A program made the position numbers and the translations under genes. From positions 270,001 to 302,000 of the forward strand of contig NZ_LGHJ01000011.1 in the NCBI RefSeq assembly GCF_001306055.1: a stretch of DNA of 32,000 nucleotides, in the 5' to 3' direction. This DNA comes from Bellilinea caldifistulae. GTDB taxonomy: Bacteria > Chloroflexota > Anaerolineae > Anaerolineales > Anaerolineaceae. Positions 1 to 11,847 of the stretch are shown here, in pieces (position 1 is the stretch's first letter; each line of letters begins with the position of its first letter). The notes beneath the pieces are model-generated. The model searched no databases. It was not told the origin of the DNA and was given only the letters and a program-made list of their open reading frames with translations.

Positions 1-1
1 T

Positions 2-2645
<2,644 letters not shown>

Positions 2646-2646
<1 letters not shown>

Positions 2647-3668
2647 TGATGAGCCATTCCCCTATCCCGGCTGATTTGATTGCTTCCACACCTGTACAAA
2701 ACCCGCCCACCGTTGATCTGGTCATTCCGGTTTACAACGAGGAAGAAGCGATTGCGGTTTTTCATCGGCGTTTGAGCGCGGTGATTGACCCATTGCCCTA
2801 TTCCTTTCATATCCTGTATGTCAATGACGGCTCAAAGGATGCCACTGCCGAACGCCTGGCCGAGATTGCCGCTGCCGACCGGCGCGTGACCGTCATCGAG
2901 CTGAGTCGTAATTTCGGTCATCAGGCCGCCCTGACCGCCGGCCTGGATCACAGCCGCGCCGATTTTGTCATCAGCCTGGATGGGGATGGGGAACACCCCC
3001 CGGAATTGATCCCCCAAATGTTGAATCTGGCCTTGCAGGGTTATGAGGTCGTCCTGACCCAACGGGTCGAGGCGCAACAGGCCGGCTGGTTCAAGCGTTG
3101 GACTTCGGATGCTTTTTATCGCTGGCTCAACCGCCTGAGCAACACCCGCATCCTGCCCGGCAGTGGCGATTTCCGCCTGCTCAGCCGCCGGGCTGCCAAT
3201 GCGTTGGGCCAGATGCGCGAGTACCAGCGTTTTTTGCGCGGCATGGTGGCGTGGATGGGCTTTCAAACGGTTATTTTGCCGTATACGCCTGCCCAACGGA
3301 TTGCCGGCCGCTCCAAATACTCCCTGCGTAAAATGCTCAAACTGGCTGCCGATGCCATCTTTTCCTTTTCGCTGGCGCCGCTCTTTCTGGGTATTTCGCT
3401 GGGCGGTGTGTTTTTGCTGCTGGCGTTGATGGAAATGATTTATGTGCTCAGCTTCTGGCTGACCGGCCGGCAGGATACCCTGGCGCCCGGCTGGAGCTCG
3501 CTCATGTTCGTCCTGCTGGTCGTCGGCGGAGTGCTGATGATCACCCTTGGCATCATTGGGGTGTATGTTGGCTTTATCTTTCAGGAGGTCAAACACCGCC
3601 CGATTTACTTCGTGCGCCGCATCCTTTCTTCCAAGGAGGATTCCACCCGGCATGATGGTCAGGCTTAA
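2646..3668 (+). CDS. GT2-family polyprenyl-phosphate glycosyltransferase (GtrB/ArnC/DPM1-like lipid-carrier sugar synthase)
   Basis: The N-terminal GT-A signature is present: DLVIPVYNEEEAI, YVNDGSKDAT, ELSRNFGHQAALTAG and the SLDGDGEHPPELIP (DxD region). Two C-terminal transmembrane helices (FSFSLAPLFLGISLGGVFLLLAL and LMFVLLVVGGVLMITLGIIGVYVGFIF) are typical of GtrB/ArnC-type enzymes. Confidence 0.9.
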
Positions 3669-5697
3669 GCGGCTGCCGGCCGAGCGTTTCTTCCCGCTGA
3701 CATTGCTGCTGGTGGTGCTGCTGGCGCATGGCTTGCTGTTCCTGCGGCAGGGCTATTACTGGGATGACTTTCCCATCACCTGGATTGCGGAAACCTACGG
3801 CACGGCCGGTTTGGCACGCTACTTTTCCACCAACCGCCCGATTTGGGGGCTGTTGTATCAATTTTCAGCCGGCCTGTTTGGCAATCAGCCGTGGCAGTGG
3901 CAATTGTTTGGCCTGTTCTGGCGCTGGGTGAGCGGCCTGCTTTTCTGGCTTTTGGTGCGGGAAGTGTGGAAGGATCAACCGCGGGCTGCAGCTCTGGCCG
4001 GTTTGGCGCTGGCGGTCTACCCCGGCTTCGGTCAGCAAGCAATTGGACGGGTGTACGGTCACTTTTTCTGGGTGCTGGCATTCTTTTTCTTTTCGTTGTT
4101 CGCTGGTCTGCGCGCGATGAAGGGCGGACGCTGGCGCTGGGTGTGGCTCGGCGGGGCGATGATTACCTCACTCATTAACCTGCTCACCCTGGAGTATTTC
4201 TTCCTGCTGGAACTGGCGCGCCCCCTTTTCTACGCAGCGGCTTTACGCCAGTCGGGGAGGGAGGGAACGTTCCGCCTCAGCCGCATCGTGGTTCATGCTG
4301 CTCCTTTTCTGGCTTTGTTTGTGGGGACGGCTGTCTGGCGCGCCTTTTTCTTCCCCTATCAGACCAACAATTACGCGCCGTTGCTGTTCCAAAATCTTCA
4401 AAGGGATTTCTGGAGTACGCTGCTGGCCCAAATCGGCGCGGCAGCATTGCAAATCCGTACCGCAGCGGTGCTCGGATGGGTGGAGGCTTTCCGTCTACCG
4501 GTTTGGGCTGCGTTTGGCAGATTAAGCAGCCTGCTTTACATCGGGGTGGTGACGAGCAGTGCTCTGCTGACTCTGCTTGCCGTTCTGCCGTTGAGCAGCG
4601 GCGGCAAGCCTGCTCAACGGCGTTTGCCCGTTTTGCAGATGCTCGTTATCGCCGCTTTCTGGCTGCTGGTCGCCGGTGTCCCGTTCTATGTGACCGGCTT
4701 GCCGGTGCGCCTGGGGTTTCCGAATGACCGCTTTACGCTGGCGTTTTTACCCGGTGCGGCGCTGCTGGCGGCTGGACTGATCGAAAGTTTACCGCTCAAA
4801 TCGTGGGTCAGGGTGGCGCTGGCACTTGGCTTGATTGCATTCAGCAGCGGACGCGATTTTATGACCGCCAACGATTACCGCCGTGACTGGGAATTGCAGC
4901 AAAACTTTTTCTGGCAGCTGATCTGGCGGGCGCCGGGCCTGGAAAAAGGCACGCTTTTGATGACCAACGACCTGCCATTGCGTTTTTATAGCGATAACTC
5001 GCTGACCGCGCCGTTAAACTGGATTTACGCGCCGGAGAATCGTTCGCTTCAAATGGGCTACCACTTGTTTTATCCGGCGGTGCGAATCGGTTCACCCAAT
5101 TTGCCCGCCTTACAGCCCGGACTGCCGGTGACGGTGGATTTTCTGGCAGCCACATTCGTTGGCAGCACCGATCGGGTGGTGGTGGTCTATTATCAGCCGC
5201 CGGCCTGCCTGCGGGTGGTGGATGGTGAGGTGGAGCAGGACAATCTCTTCCTGCCGGCGTTGATCCGCCAGGCGGCGGTGAATCTCTCTTCCAGCCGCTG
5301 GATTGTGGCGCAGCCCAATCGTCCCGCCCAACCGCCGGCTTTTCTGTACGGCAGCGAACCGGCGCACGGCTGGTGCTACTACTACCAGAAGGGCGACCTG
5401 GCCCGCCAGCAAGCCGACTGGCAGCAGGCGGCTGCTCTCGGCGATCAGGCTTTTTCGTTGCAGGACTACCCGAATGACCCTGCCGAACGAATGCCGTTCA
5501 TTGAGGCCTATGCTCATGTGGGGCGCTGGCAGGATGCGCTGGAGCAGACCCGCCTGGCAGCGGATATTTCACCGGCGATGCAGCCGGTATTGTGCCGTTT
5601 GTGGCAGCGGATTGACCGGCAGACTGATGCAAGCCCGCAAAAATCTCAAGCCAGCGCTCAACTTGAAGATTGGCTGAATTGTGATATAAATCCATAA
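3652..5697 (+). CDS. GT-C-like (ArnT/PMT family-39-like) polytopic membrane glycosyltransferase candidate with a soluble TPR-like C-terminal domain
   Basis: I reset the start from the track's 3547 to ATG 3652 (MMVRLKRLPAERFF...). A GGAGGA at 3635-3640 lies ~12 nt upstream, and the gene overlaps the GT2 stop by 17 nt. The acidic first-loop motif YYWDDFP follows helix 1, and about 11-13 hydrophobic helices follow. The last ~200 aa are soluble and helical-repeat-like (GDLARQQADWQQAAALGDQAF...YAHVGRWQDALEQTRLAA). Confidence 0.72.
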   Translation: MMVRLKRLPAERFFPLTLLLVVLLAHGLLFLRQGYYWDDFPITWIAETYGTAGLARYFSTNRPIWGLLYQFSAGLFGNQPWQWQLFGLFWRWVSGLLFWLLVREVWKDQPRAAALAGLALAVYPGFGQQAIGRVYGHFFWVLAFFFFSLFAGLRAMKGGRWRWVWLGGAMITSLINLLTLEYFFLLELARPLFYAAALRQSGREGTFRLSRIVVHAAPFLALFVGTAVWRAFFFPYQTNNYAPLLFQNLQRDFWSTLLAQIGAAALQIRTAAVLGWVEAFRLPVWAAFGRLSSLLYIGVVTSSALLTLLAVLPLSSGGKPAQRRLPVLQMLVIAAFWLLVAGVPFYVTGLPVRLGFPNDRFTLAFLPGAALLAAGLIESLPLKSWVRVALALGLIAFSSGRDFMTANDYRRDWELQQNFFWQLIWRAPGLEKGTLLMTNDLPLRFYSDNSLTAPLNWIYAPENRSLQMGYHLFYPAVRIGSPNLPALQPGLPVTVDFLAATFVGSTDRVVVVYYQPPACLRVVDGEVEQDNLFLPALIRQAAVNLSSSRWIVAQPNRPAQPPAFLYGSEPAHGWCYYYQKGDLARQQADWQQAAALGDQAFSLQDYPNDPAERMPFIEAYAHVGRWQDALEQTRLAADISPAMQPVLCRLWQRIDRQTDASPQKSQASAQLEDWLNCDINP

Positions 5698-5716
5698 AAC
5701 ATCTCCGGAGGACACC

Positions 5717-6730
5717 ATGAAGTTCTTGATTACCGGCGGCGCCGGTTACATTGGCAGCACCATCGCCTCGGCTTTGCTGGATGCCGGCCATACCCCTGTG
5801 ATTCTGGATAACCTTTCGGTGGGAAAGCGTGAGTTTGTACGTGACCGCATTTTCTACGAAGGGGATATTGCCGATGAGGCTTTGTTGGAACGCATTTTTA
5901 ACGAGCATCCCGATATCCAGGCAACTGTCCATTGCGCCGCGCTGATCATCGTGCCGGAGTCGGTTGAAAAACCCTACGAGTATTATCGCGAGAATGTGGC
6001 CAAATCGCTGGAATTGTTCCGGGTGTTGAATCGGCTGGGCTATAAAAAGGTGCTGTTCAGTTCCTCAGCGTCCATCTATGATGATGTGCCGGGCTTCATG
6101 GTCACCGAAAGTTCGCCGCTCAAGCCACGCAGCCCATACGCGCGCACCAAGTACATGATGGAAATGATATTGCGCGATTTTTGTATTGCCTACGGTATGA
6201 AAGGCATTGCCCTGCGCTACTTCAACCCGATTGGAGCCGACCCCAAACTCCGCAGCGGTATCCATGTGCGCTACCCTTCACTGGTGTTGGGGAAAATGGT
6301 GGATACCGTACTGGGCAAACAGCCCTATTTTGAATTGACCGGCACGGACTGGCCAACCCGCGATGGCAGCGGCATCCGCGATTATATCCACGTGTGGGAT
6401 CTGGCGGAGGCGCACCTTAAAGCCGTGCTGGAATTCGAGGCGGTCTTCCACAGGGCCGGAGACCCGCCGGATGGTTACGTGGTGATTAACCTCGGCACCG
6501 GACGCGGTGTGACGGTGCGCGAATTGGTGACGGCTTTCGAGAAAGTTTACGGTCAGCCTTTGCCCGTGCGCGAGATGCCGCCGCGTCCCGGTGATGTGGC
6601 TGGGGCGTATGCCAATGCCGATACAGCCGAGCGGCTCTTGGGCTGGAAGGCACAACGCTCCATTGAGGAAGGCATTGCCGATGCCTTGCGCTGGGGCAAA
6701 AAACGCAAGGAAATCCTCGGCTATGATTGA
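5717..6730 (+). CDS. galE: UDP-glucose 4-epimerase (extended SDR)
   Basis: GGAGGA at 5707-5712 precedes ATG 5717. The Rossmann motif ITGGAGYIGS and the catalytic YARTK (YxxxK) are present. Length (337 aa) and overall sequence are typical of GalE. Confidence 0.92.
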   Translation: MKFLITGGAGYIGSTIASALLDAGHTPVILDNLSVGKREFVRDRIFYEGDIADEALLERIFNEHPDIQATVHCAALIIVPESVEKPYEYYRENVAKSLELFRVLNRLGYKKVLFSSSASIYDDVPGFMVTESSPLKPRSPYARTKYMMEMILRDFCIAYGMKGIALRYFNPIGADPKLRSGIHVRYPSLVLGKMVDTVLGKQPYFELTGTDWPTRDGSGIRDYIHVWDLAEAHLKAVLEFEAVFHRAGDPPDGYVVINLGTGRGVTVRELVTAFEKVYGQPLPVREMPPRPGDVAGAYANADTAERLLGWKAQRSIEEGIADALRWGKKRKEILGYD

Positions 6731-6736
6731 AAAGAA

Positions 6737-6774
6737 AGACGGCGGTTGCAGGGGACATTCTCCAACCGCCGTCT
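6737..6774. terminator. Hairpin between convergent galE and the M23 peptidase gene; candidate bidirectional intrinsic terminator
   Basis: A perfect 12-bp inverted repeat, AGACGGCGGTTG (6737-6748) / CAACCGCCGTCT (6763-6774), has a 14-nt loop. It is flanked by AAAGAA on the left (a T-run on the minus strand) and GGTTTGAT on the right. Confidence 0.5.
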
Positions 6775-6793
6775 GGTTTGATGCAAGGGATGA

Positions 6794-9700
6794 CTAACGG
6801 TTGATCATCGGCAGGAACAGCTGGCGCGGCTCGCCGTACCAGATGCTGTAGCGGACTTCGTCGCCGAACAGGCCGTCCTCCAGCGGGGCAGCCAGCAGGT
6901 AATAACTGCCGCCCGCCGGGGCAGTCCATACGAAGCTCAGGCTTTGGCCCAAACCCGCCGCCGTCTGTTCGATCAGCGGATTGCCGGAAGCATCGTAGAT
7001 GCTCAGTTTCAAGGCTGCCCCGCCGCCCAGGGAGCTGCCAAAGAACAGGTAGGATTTACTCGCCTCAGCCTCGAATCGCAACCAGTCGCGGTCGGCGGCC
7101 GGGCAGAGCCTGTGTTCCTGGGCGGTTTCGTAGGACAAGAGGCCTGCCCCCTGGTGTTGATTGTTATCCGGTTCGCCATTGCCGGGCGCGCAGGATGAAG
7201 GCAACGTGGTGACCTGCCCGCCGGGCGGCCAGTCCTGCACATTACCGGCGCGGTCCACCGCCCGAATGCGGAATTCGTACTTGCGGCCGGGCTGACCGAG
7301 GAACCACACGGCCCCGCTCTCGCCGGTTGGTTTGACATTCCAGTCCTGCCAGCCGCCATCGTTCTCGCGATACTGAAATTCTACACGGCTGATTCCTGAG
7401 ACGTCATCCTGCGCGTTCCATGCCAGCCGCACAGCGGTTGAGCCGCTGGTAGCGGGTAGGCTTCCGCTCAATTGAGCGGTCGGCTTGCCGCCGTCAATTT
7501 GCAGGTTCAAGCGCCAGTCGCCCCAGATCTGGCCGTCGCTGCCGCGTGCCTGAGCGTAAATGGCTCCGCCGACCATACCGCCGTAATTGGCAGGGTTGAC
7601 GAGAATGCTCCATCCATCGCTGCCGTTGCTGTCGCTGCCGATCAATTGCCAGTTGTTGTTAGCAGCATCCGCCGGACGGTAGTAAAAGTCAACTTTTTCG
7701 ATACCGCTGGCCTGCGCGTTGACCTCGACCCGCGCTTCAAACGCACCTCCGGCAATCCAGTTTGAAGCCGGAATGATAAAGCGTAACTCCGCCGGGGTGT
7801 TAAATTCCAGTAAGCGCAGAACGTAGTAGTAATCCGGACCGCCCGCGCCGGGGTGGTCCCAGGCCTTGACGCGCAGGTAGTAAGTGCCGGTATAGGGCAG
7901 GGTAATGTCAATTCGCGAGTCCTGATTCTGCTGATAAACGATGTCATCATTCTCGGCAATCAAGCCGCCCCTGCTATCCAGCAGGTACAGGTACGGGTCT
8001 AACTGCGATCCAATTACCTTGGCGTTGACCTCGGCGCGGATGGTCTGGCCCTGGAAACCAAAGAACTGGTAGAACAACTGCGAGCCGGGCACGCACAGCG
8101 TTTCGCCAACGATGGTATCGCCGATATTGATCCAGCGCGGGGCAGAGAGGCTGATGTTGGACGGGTTGACCGCACAACCGCCGGTGGGCTGGGTGGTCAG
8201 GATTTGAAAATTGTCAATCTCCCAGCCGACGCCCTGATTGTTGTTGCCATCCAGCGTGTTGAAGTAAAAGCGGACCCGGATGGTCTTGCCCAGGTAAGCG
8301 CTCAGGTCAATATTGGGGGTGTTGAGCCATGTATTTTGGGTGGGGGGGTCATTGGAGAACTGGCCCCAGCCGGGCAGGTCAAGGAACGGCCCGCCGTCCA
8401 CCGAAATTTGCAGACGGCGCTGGTCCCACCACGGGGCGGGCGATTCGGTGCGGTAGCGGTAGTTGAAATACAGGTAGGGGCTGCCATTGTCGGGCAGACG
8501 GATGGGCGGCGAGGTCAGACTGCCCTGCCCGCTGTATGAGGTACCGTTGCCGTAACGCCAGTAACTGCCGGTGTTTTGCCAGCCGCCGGTGGCGTGCCAG
8601 TCACTGCTGCTACCGTTGAGGCTGTCGCTGTAAGGTGCGGTTTTCAGGCTGTTGTTGGGCAAAGATGCGCTGGTAACGGTGAAATTGACCCAGTCGGTGC
8701 GGTCGGCGCAGTCAGTCCCACTGGCGGCCACTTTGGCACAACCGCGCACCGCATAACTGCCGGGCGGCAAACTGCCAATCGAAACCGCCGGGAAGGGCAG
8801 GTTGTCGTAACTCTGGTACAACTGCCCATTACGATTGAGCGTGAAGCCGAAAGCGGTTGCCGAAGGCGAGGACATGAACAGGGTGATCGAATCGGTGGAC
8901 GGGAGGGAACTCCCGCTGGCCGGGTAAGTGATCGAAGAAGAGAAGCTGGTAAAACTGCGTGCCTGAACTTTCAGGGAAGAAGCGGTTTTGGCGCCGATGG
9001 GGTTGTCGGCCAGGTTGGGGTCATCCCGCTCGAAAGCCTCGGCGCGCCCGCCGTAACTGGTGCCGTCGTAAAGCACGGCTCGCACGTTAGCCCCCACGCG
9101 GATGGACTGGGTGTTGTTGCTGCCGACCGGCGAGCCGCCGGTTGCCAGATCCGGCACGCTGATTTCACCGTTCCACAGGTACTCGCGGCAGCTGCCCTGA
9201 TAATTGGGCTGGCTGTACAGGATGATTTTGTTATCGGTCAGCGTGCAGGCTGGGGCAGCCGCCGGGCAGTTGTACTTCTTCAACACGGTGCGCAACCCCT
9301 GCGGCTGGATGGTCACGTTGCCGTGATTGTCCCACACTCGCAGAGCAATATCCACCGGGCCGTTGGGTATACCGGCAGCGCATAAATTGGCTTCGACGGC
9401 GAACGGGCTTTGGGTAAAGCCACTGCCCACATCCTTCCAGACTCCGTCTAACCCGCGGGCGATGATCTGGATATTGGTCACCTGCTGGTCGTCCCACGCC
9501 GTGCCGGCCACCAGCACGGTTGGGGAGGTCACTTCTTCACCGGGAGCCGGCAGGCTCAACGAGCCCCCCGGCGGGTTGGTGCCGATGTTGCCGGAGGTGT
9601 AGCGGTTGTTGGGTTGGCACTCGTTTCCGTAGGCAGACCAGTTGGCCGCTTCATAACAGGTGCGCGGGCGGCCGTCGTTGACCGTCACATCGTCGAAGCG

Positions 9701-10654
9701 GATGTCCACCGAGGTGCCCCAGTACGAATTGGGGTTGGTATGGACGTGAAAATGCAGGTGACTGCCGCAGGATGCGCCGGTGTTATCCACCAGCCCAATG
9801 TATTCTCCCTGCTGGACGATGGCGCCGGGCGTGCGCAGGCGTTCGGGAATGCTGTCCTTGGCAAGGTGCAGGTATAACTGGTACGTCCAGGGAGTGGTGC
9901 TGCGGTCTTCCAGCACGATGTAATTACCGACTGTGCCGTCACCCGGGCAGGCGGAGGGTGAACGGGTGGGAATATCCCACTTTACCCGCTTGACAATGCC
10001 GCCTTTGGACGCCAGAATTGGCCAGTTCTGGTTTGGGCTGTCTTCGGCAAAATCCCAGGCGTAGCGACAGTCCACCCAGTTGGCACAGGTACTGTGGCTG
10101 ACCGACTGTGAAACGCGGTGCGAGACACCCGCCGGCCAGGGCAGTTTGTAGCCGCGGTAAACGGTGGTGGTCAGAATGCTCTTGTCCTCAGTGGGGGTCA
10201 GGTACATCTGACGCAGTTCATCGCCCAGCAGGTCTTGAGGCACATCCAGCAGGGTTTCGCCCCATTCGTCATCGGCCTGCAGGGTAACATCCCAGGCGGG
10301 GACAGCCTTTTGTCCCTCGGCGGGTGCGCTCAGGCGGGCGACAGCCAACCCCGGCTCACCTTCGATGAACTGGCCGGTTTCGGGATCCACAAAGGCGAAC
10401 CAGATCAGTGCCTGAGTGCCGTCCGCCGAGTATTCCACACCGACCACGCGCGGTTCATACAGCAGAAACCCCAGGGATTGGATGCCGATTTCGTTGATTC
10501 GCTGGTCCAGGGCGGTTTGCAATTCGGGTGGCAGGCTGCTGACCGGCTCGCCCGGCGGTTCACTGGCGGCCAGCGCCGGATGAGACGAAACCAGCATCAT
10601 CCACAAAGCAATCAGGACAAGGCCATTGAGAACAACAAAACGAGGTATTTTCAT
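6794..10654 (-). CDS. Secreted multidomain M23 metallopeptidase (LasA/beta-lytic-like spacing) with Ig-like, beta/gamma-crystallin, jelly-roll (MAM/CUB-like), two PPC and FN3-like modules
   Basis: I reset the start to ATG 10654, with GGAGG (10659-10663, minus strand) directly upstream. The signal peptide is MKIPRFVVLNGLVLIALWMMLVSSHPALAASEP. The M23 core reads LPWPAGVSH...SHSTCANWVDCRYAWDF ... GNYIVLED ... YLHLAKDS ... GEYIGLVDNTGASCGSHLHFHVH. Two Greek-key YxxxxYxG motifs are present (ILYSQPNYQGSCREY and VLYDGTSYGGRAEAF), each followed by a conserved Ser (SIRV, SSLKV). PPC-like ends are YYLRVKAWD and GGSYYLLAAPLEDG. GWEIDNFQI closes a jelly-roll-like module. Confidence 0.85.
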   Translation of the reverse strand: MKIPRFVVLNGLVLIALWMMLVSSHPALAASEPPGEPVSSLPPELQTALDQRINEIGIQSLGFLLYEPRVVGVEYSADGTQALIWFAFVDPETGQFIEGEPGLAVARLSAPAEGQKAVPAWDVTLQADDEWGETLLDVPQDLLGDELRQMYLTPTEDKSILTTTVYRGYKLPWPAGVSHRVSQSVSHSTCANWVDCRYAWDFAEDSPNQNWPILASKGGIVKRVKWDIPTRSPSACPGDGTVGNYIVLEDRSTTPWTYQLYLHLAKDSIPERLRTPGAIVQQGEYIGLVDNTGASCGSHLHFHVHTNPNSYWGTSVDIRFDDVTVNDGRPRTCYEAANWSAYGNECQPNNRYTSGNIGTNPPGGSLSLPAPGEEVTSPTVLVAGTAWDDQQVTNIQIIARGLDGVWKDVGSGFTQSPFAVEANLCAAGIPNGPVDIALRVWDNHGNVTIQPQGLRTVLKKYNCPAAAPACTLTDNKIILYSQPNYQGSCREYLWNGEISVPDLATGGSPVGSNNTQSIRVGANVRAVLYDGTSYGGRAEAFERDDPNLADNPIGAKTASSLKVQARSFTSFSSSITYPASGSSLPSTDSITLFMSSPSATAFGFTLNRNGQLYQSYDNLPFPAVSIGSLPPGSYAVRGCAKVAASGTDCADRTDWVNFTVTSASLPNNSLKTAPYSDSLNGSSSDWHATGGWQNTGSYWRYGNGTSYSGQGSLTSPPIRLPDNGSPYLYFNYRYRTESPAPWWDQRRLQISVDGGPFLDLPGWGQFSNDPPTQNTWLNTPNIDLSAYLGKTIRVRFYFNTLDGNNNQGVGWEIDNFQILTTQPTGGCAVNPSNISLSAPRWINIGDTIVGETLCVPGSQLFYQFFGFQGQTIRAEVNAKVIGSQLDPYLYLLDSRGGLIAENDDIVYQQNQDSRIDITLPYTGTYYLRVKAWDHPGAGGPDYYYVLRLLEFNTPAELRFIIPASNWIAGGAFEARVEVNAQASGIEKVDFYYRPADAANNNWQLIGSDSNGSDGWSILVNPANYGGMVGGAIYAQARGSDGQIWGDWRLNLQIDGGKPTAQLSGSLPATSGSTAVRLAWNAQDDVSGISRVEFQYRENDGGWQDWNVKPTGESGAVWFLGQPGRKYEFRIRAVDRAGNVQDWPPGGQVTTLPSSCAPGNGEPDNNQHQGAGLLSYETAQEHRLCPAADRDWLRFEAEASKSYLFFGSSLGGGAALKLSIYDASGNPLIEQTAAGLGQSLSFVWTAPAGGSYYLLAAPLEDGLFGDEVRYSIWYGEPRQLFLPMINR

Positions 10655-10742
10655 CGCGCCTCCGCTGGAATGAACAAGGCATTCATCTATCCCTGACCCT
10701 GTTTGGAGTAACAAGGTTCGTGCCAGATGGTGATGAAAATTC

Positions 10743-10760
10743 CCTTTCAACCCTGAAAGG
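10743..10760 (-). terminator. Weak hairpin downstream of holA (possible terminator)
   Basis: The minus strand reads CCTTTCA-GGGT-TGAAAGG followed by GAATTTTCAT, about 33 nt after the holA stop (10793-10795). The stem is short (7 bp) and AT-rich, so confidence is low. Confidence 0.25.
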
Positions 10761-10792
10761 CATTTGGCGATGAAACTGGCAGGGGAATACTT

Positions 10793-11836
10793 TTAAGGAA
10801 CAGGTTGGGGTGTGGATAATTGAACGATGAGGGTTTGCAGGGCAGTCTCAAAATCCGCCTGACCTGATTTTATCATCTGGTCGGTGGTCAGGATCAGGCG
10901 GTAAGCGCCTTCCAGTTTTGTTAAGCTCAGCCGCTGAGCCTGCCGGATGATATTTTCGGCTGCGAAGGCGTGAATTTTCAGGCGTTTGGCAATTTCAGCG
11001 GGAGTCGAGATGCCCTGCTCCAGTGCCTCACGGGCAAGAATCAGCAGGCGGTACTGGCGGATGATCATCCCAAACAGGCGGACGGGGTCTTCTTCTTCCA
11101 GCAGAATTTTGAGATGGCGCAGGGCGGTGCGGCTTTCTCCCGTGGCGATGGCATCCACCATTTTGAACACATCCGCCTGACCGCCGGAGGCAGCCACTTC
11201 CTGCACATCGTCCACCTCCACGGCGCGCTTGAAGTCCACGTAGGTGAGTAGTTTGCGAATTTCCTGAACGGCGATGCCGGTATCGTTGCCGGTCAGAGCA
11301 GCCAGTTCAGCAGCGGCGCGGGGGGTGAACTGCCCACCTTCCTGTTTGGCGCGGCGCAGGATCCAATCGGTCATTTCGCTCTGGCGAGGCAGGCGCAGTT
11401 CGCGCACCCCCACGCGTTGACCGCCTTTTTTTGCCCATTCCAGCAGGGGTTTGCCGCGTTTTTTATCATCGAGAATTTCCCAGCCTTTACTGCCCTGATA
11501 GCGATCCGGCACAATCAGCACCACGCGGGTTGTGGGCGGCAAACCATCCAGCAGATGGATCAGCCGCTGGCAGGCTTCGGCGGTTTTAAAGCGCGCCAAA
11601 GGATGGTGGAGGATGACCAGCCGTTTTTCGGCCAGAAAGGGCAATGCGTAGATGGCTGACTGGATTTGTTCCTCGCTGGTATTGCGGTCTTCCAGGTCAA
11701 ACCGGCTCATGTTCAGGTCCCCCACGGTGGAGTCGGCCAGCGCGGCAGATTCCAGCTGAGCGGCTGCATCGGCGATTGCCTGCGTGTCATCGCCGTACAA
11801 GAGGAGCACCTGTGCTTCAGGGCGGGCTGGCTGCAT
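10793..11836 (-). CDS. holA: DNA polymerase III subunit delta
   Basis: ATG 11836 is preceded by GAGGGGGG. The N-terminal VLLLYGDDTQAI matches the clamp-loader delta pattern. Length (347 aa) and the helical C-terminal domain (LFGMIIRQYRLLILAREAL) are typical of HolA. Confidence 0.8.
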   Translation of the reverse strand: MQPARPEAQVLLLYGDDTQAIADAAAQLESAALADSTVGDLNMSRFDLEDRNTSEEQIQSAIYALPFLAEKRLVILHHPLARFKTAEACQRLIHLLDGLPPTTRVVLIVPDRYQGSKGWEILDDKKRGKPLLEWAKKGGQRVGVRELRLPRQSEMTDWILRRAKQEGGQFTPRAAAELAALTGNDTGIAVQEIRKLLTYVDFKRAVEVDDVQEVAASGGQADVFKMVDAIATGESRTALRHLKILLEEEDPVRLFGMIIRQYRLLILAREALEQGISTPAEIAKRLKIHAFAAENIIRQAQRLSLTKLEGAYRLILTTDQMIKSGQADFETALQTLIVQLSTPQPVP

Positions 11837-11847
11837 TTACGCCCCCC

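Noticed and set aside
3547-3651. Longer ORF-track starts: 3547 (GT-C), 10750 (M23), 12357 (GTG), 16550 (HAD), 19281 (TTG), 20055 (nadK), 23440 (TTG), 29750 (mutS2), 31878 (TTG, internal)
   Set aside because: The extensions overlap upstream genes, cross a terminator hairpin (nadK), or lie in AT-rich intergenic DNA. Internal ATGs with an SD, a signal/anchor peptide or a family-typical N-terminus fit better. The GGDEF frame is actually open to the window edge.
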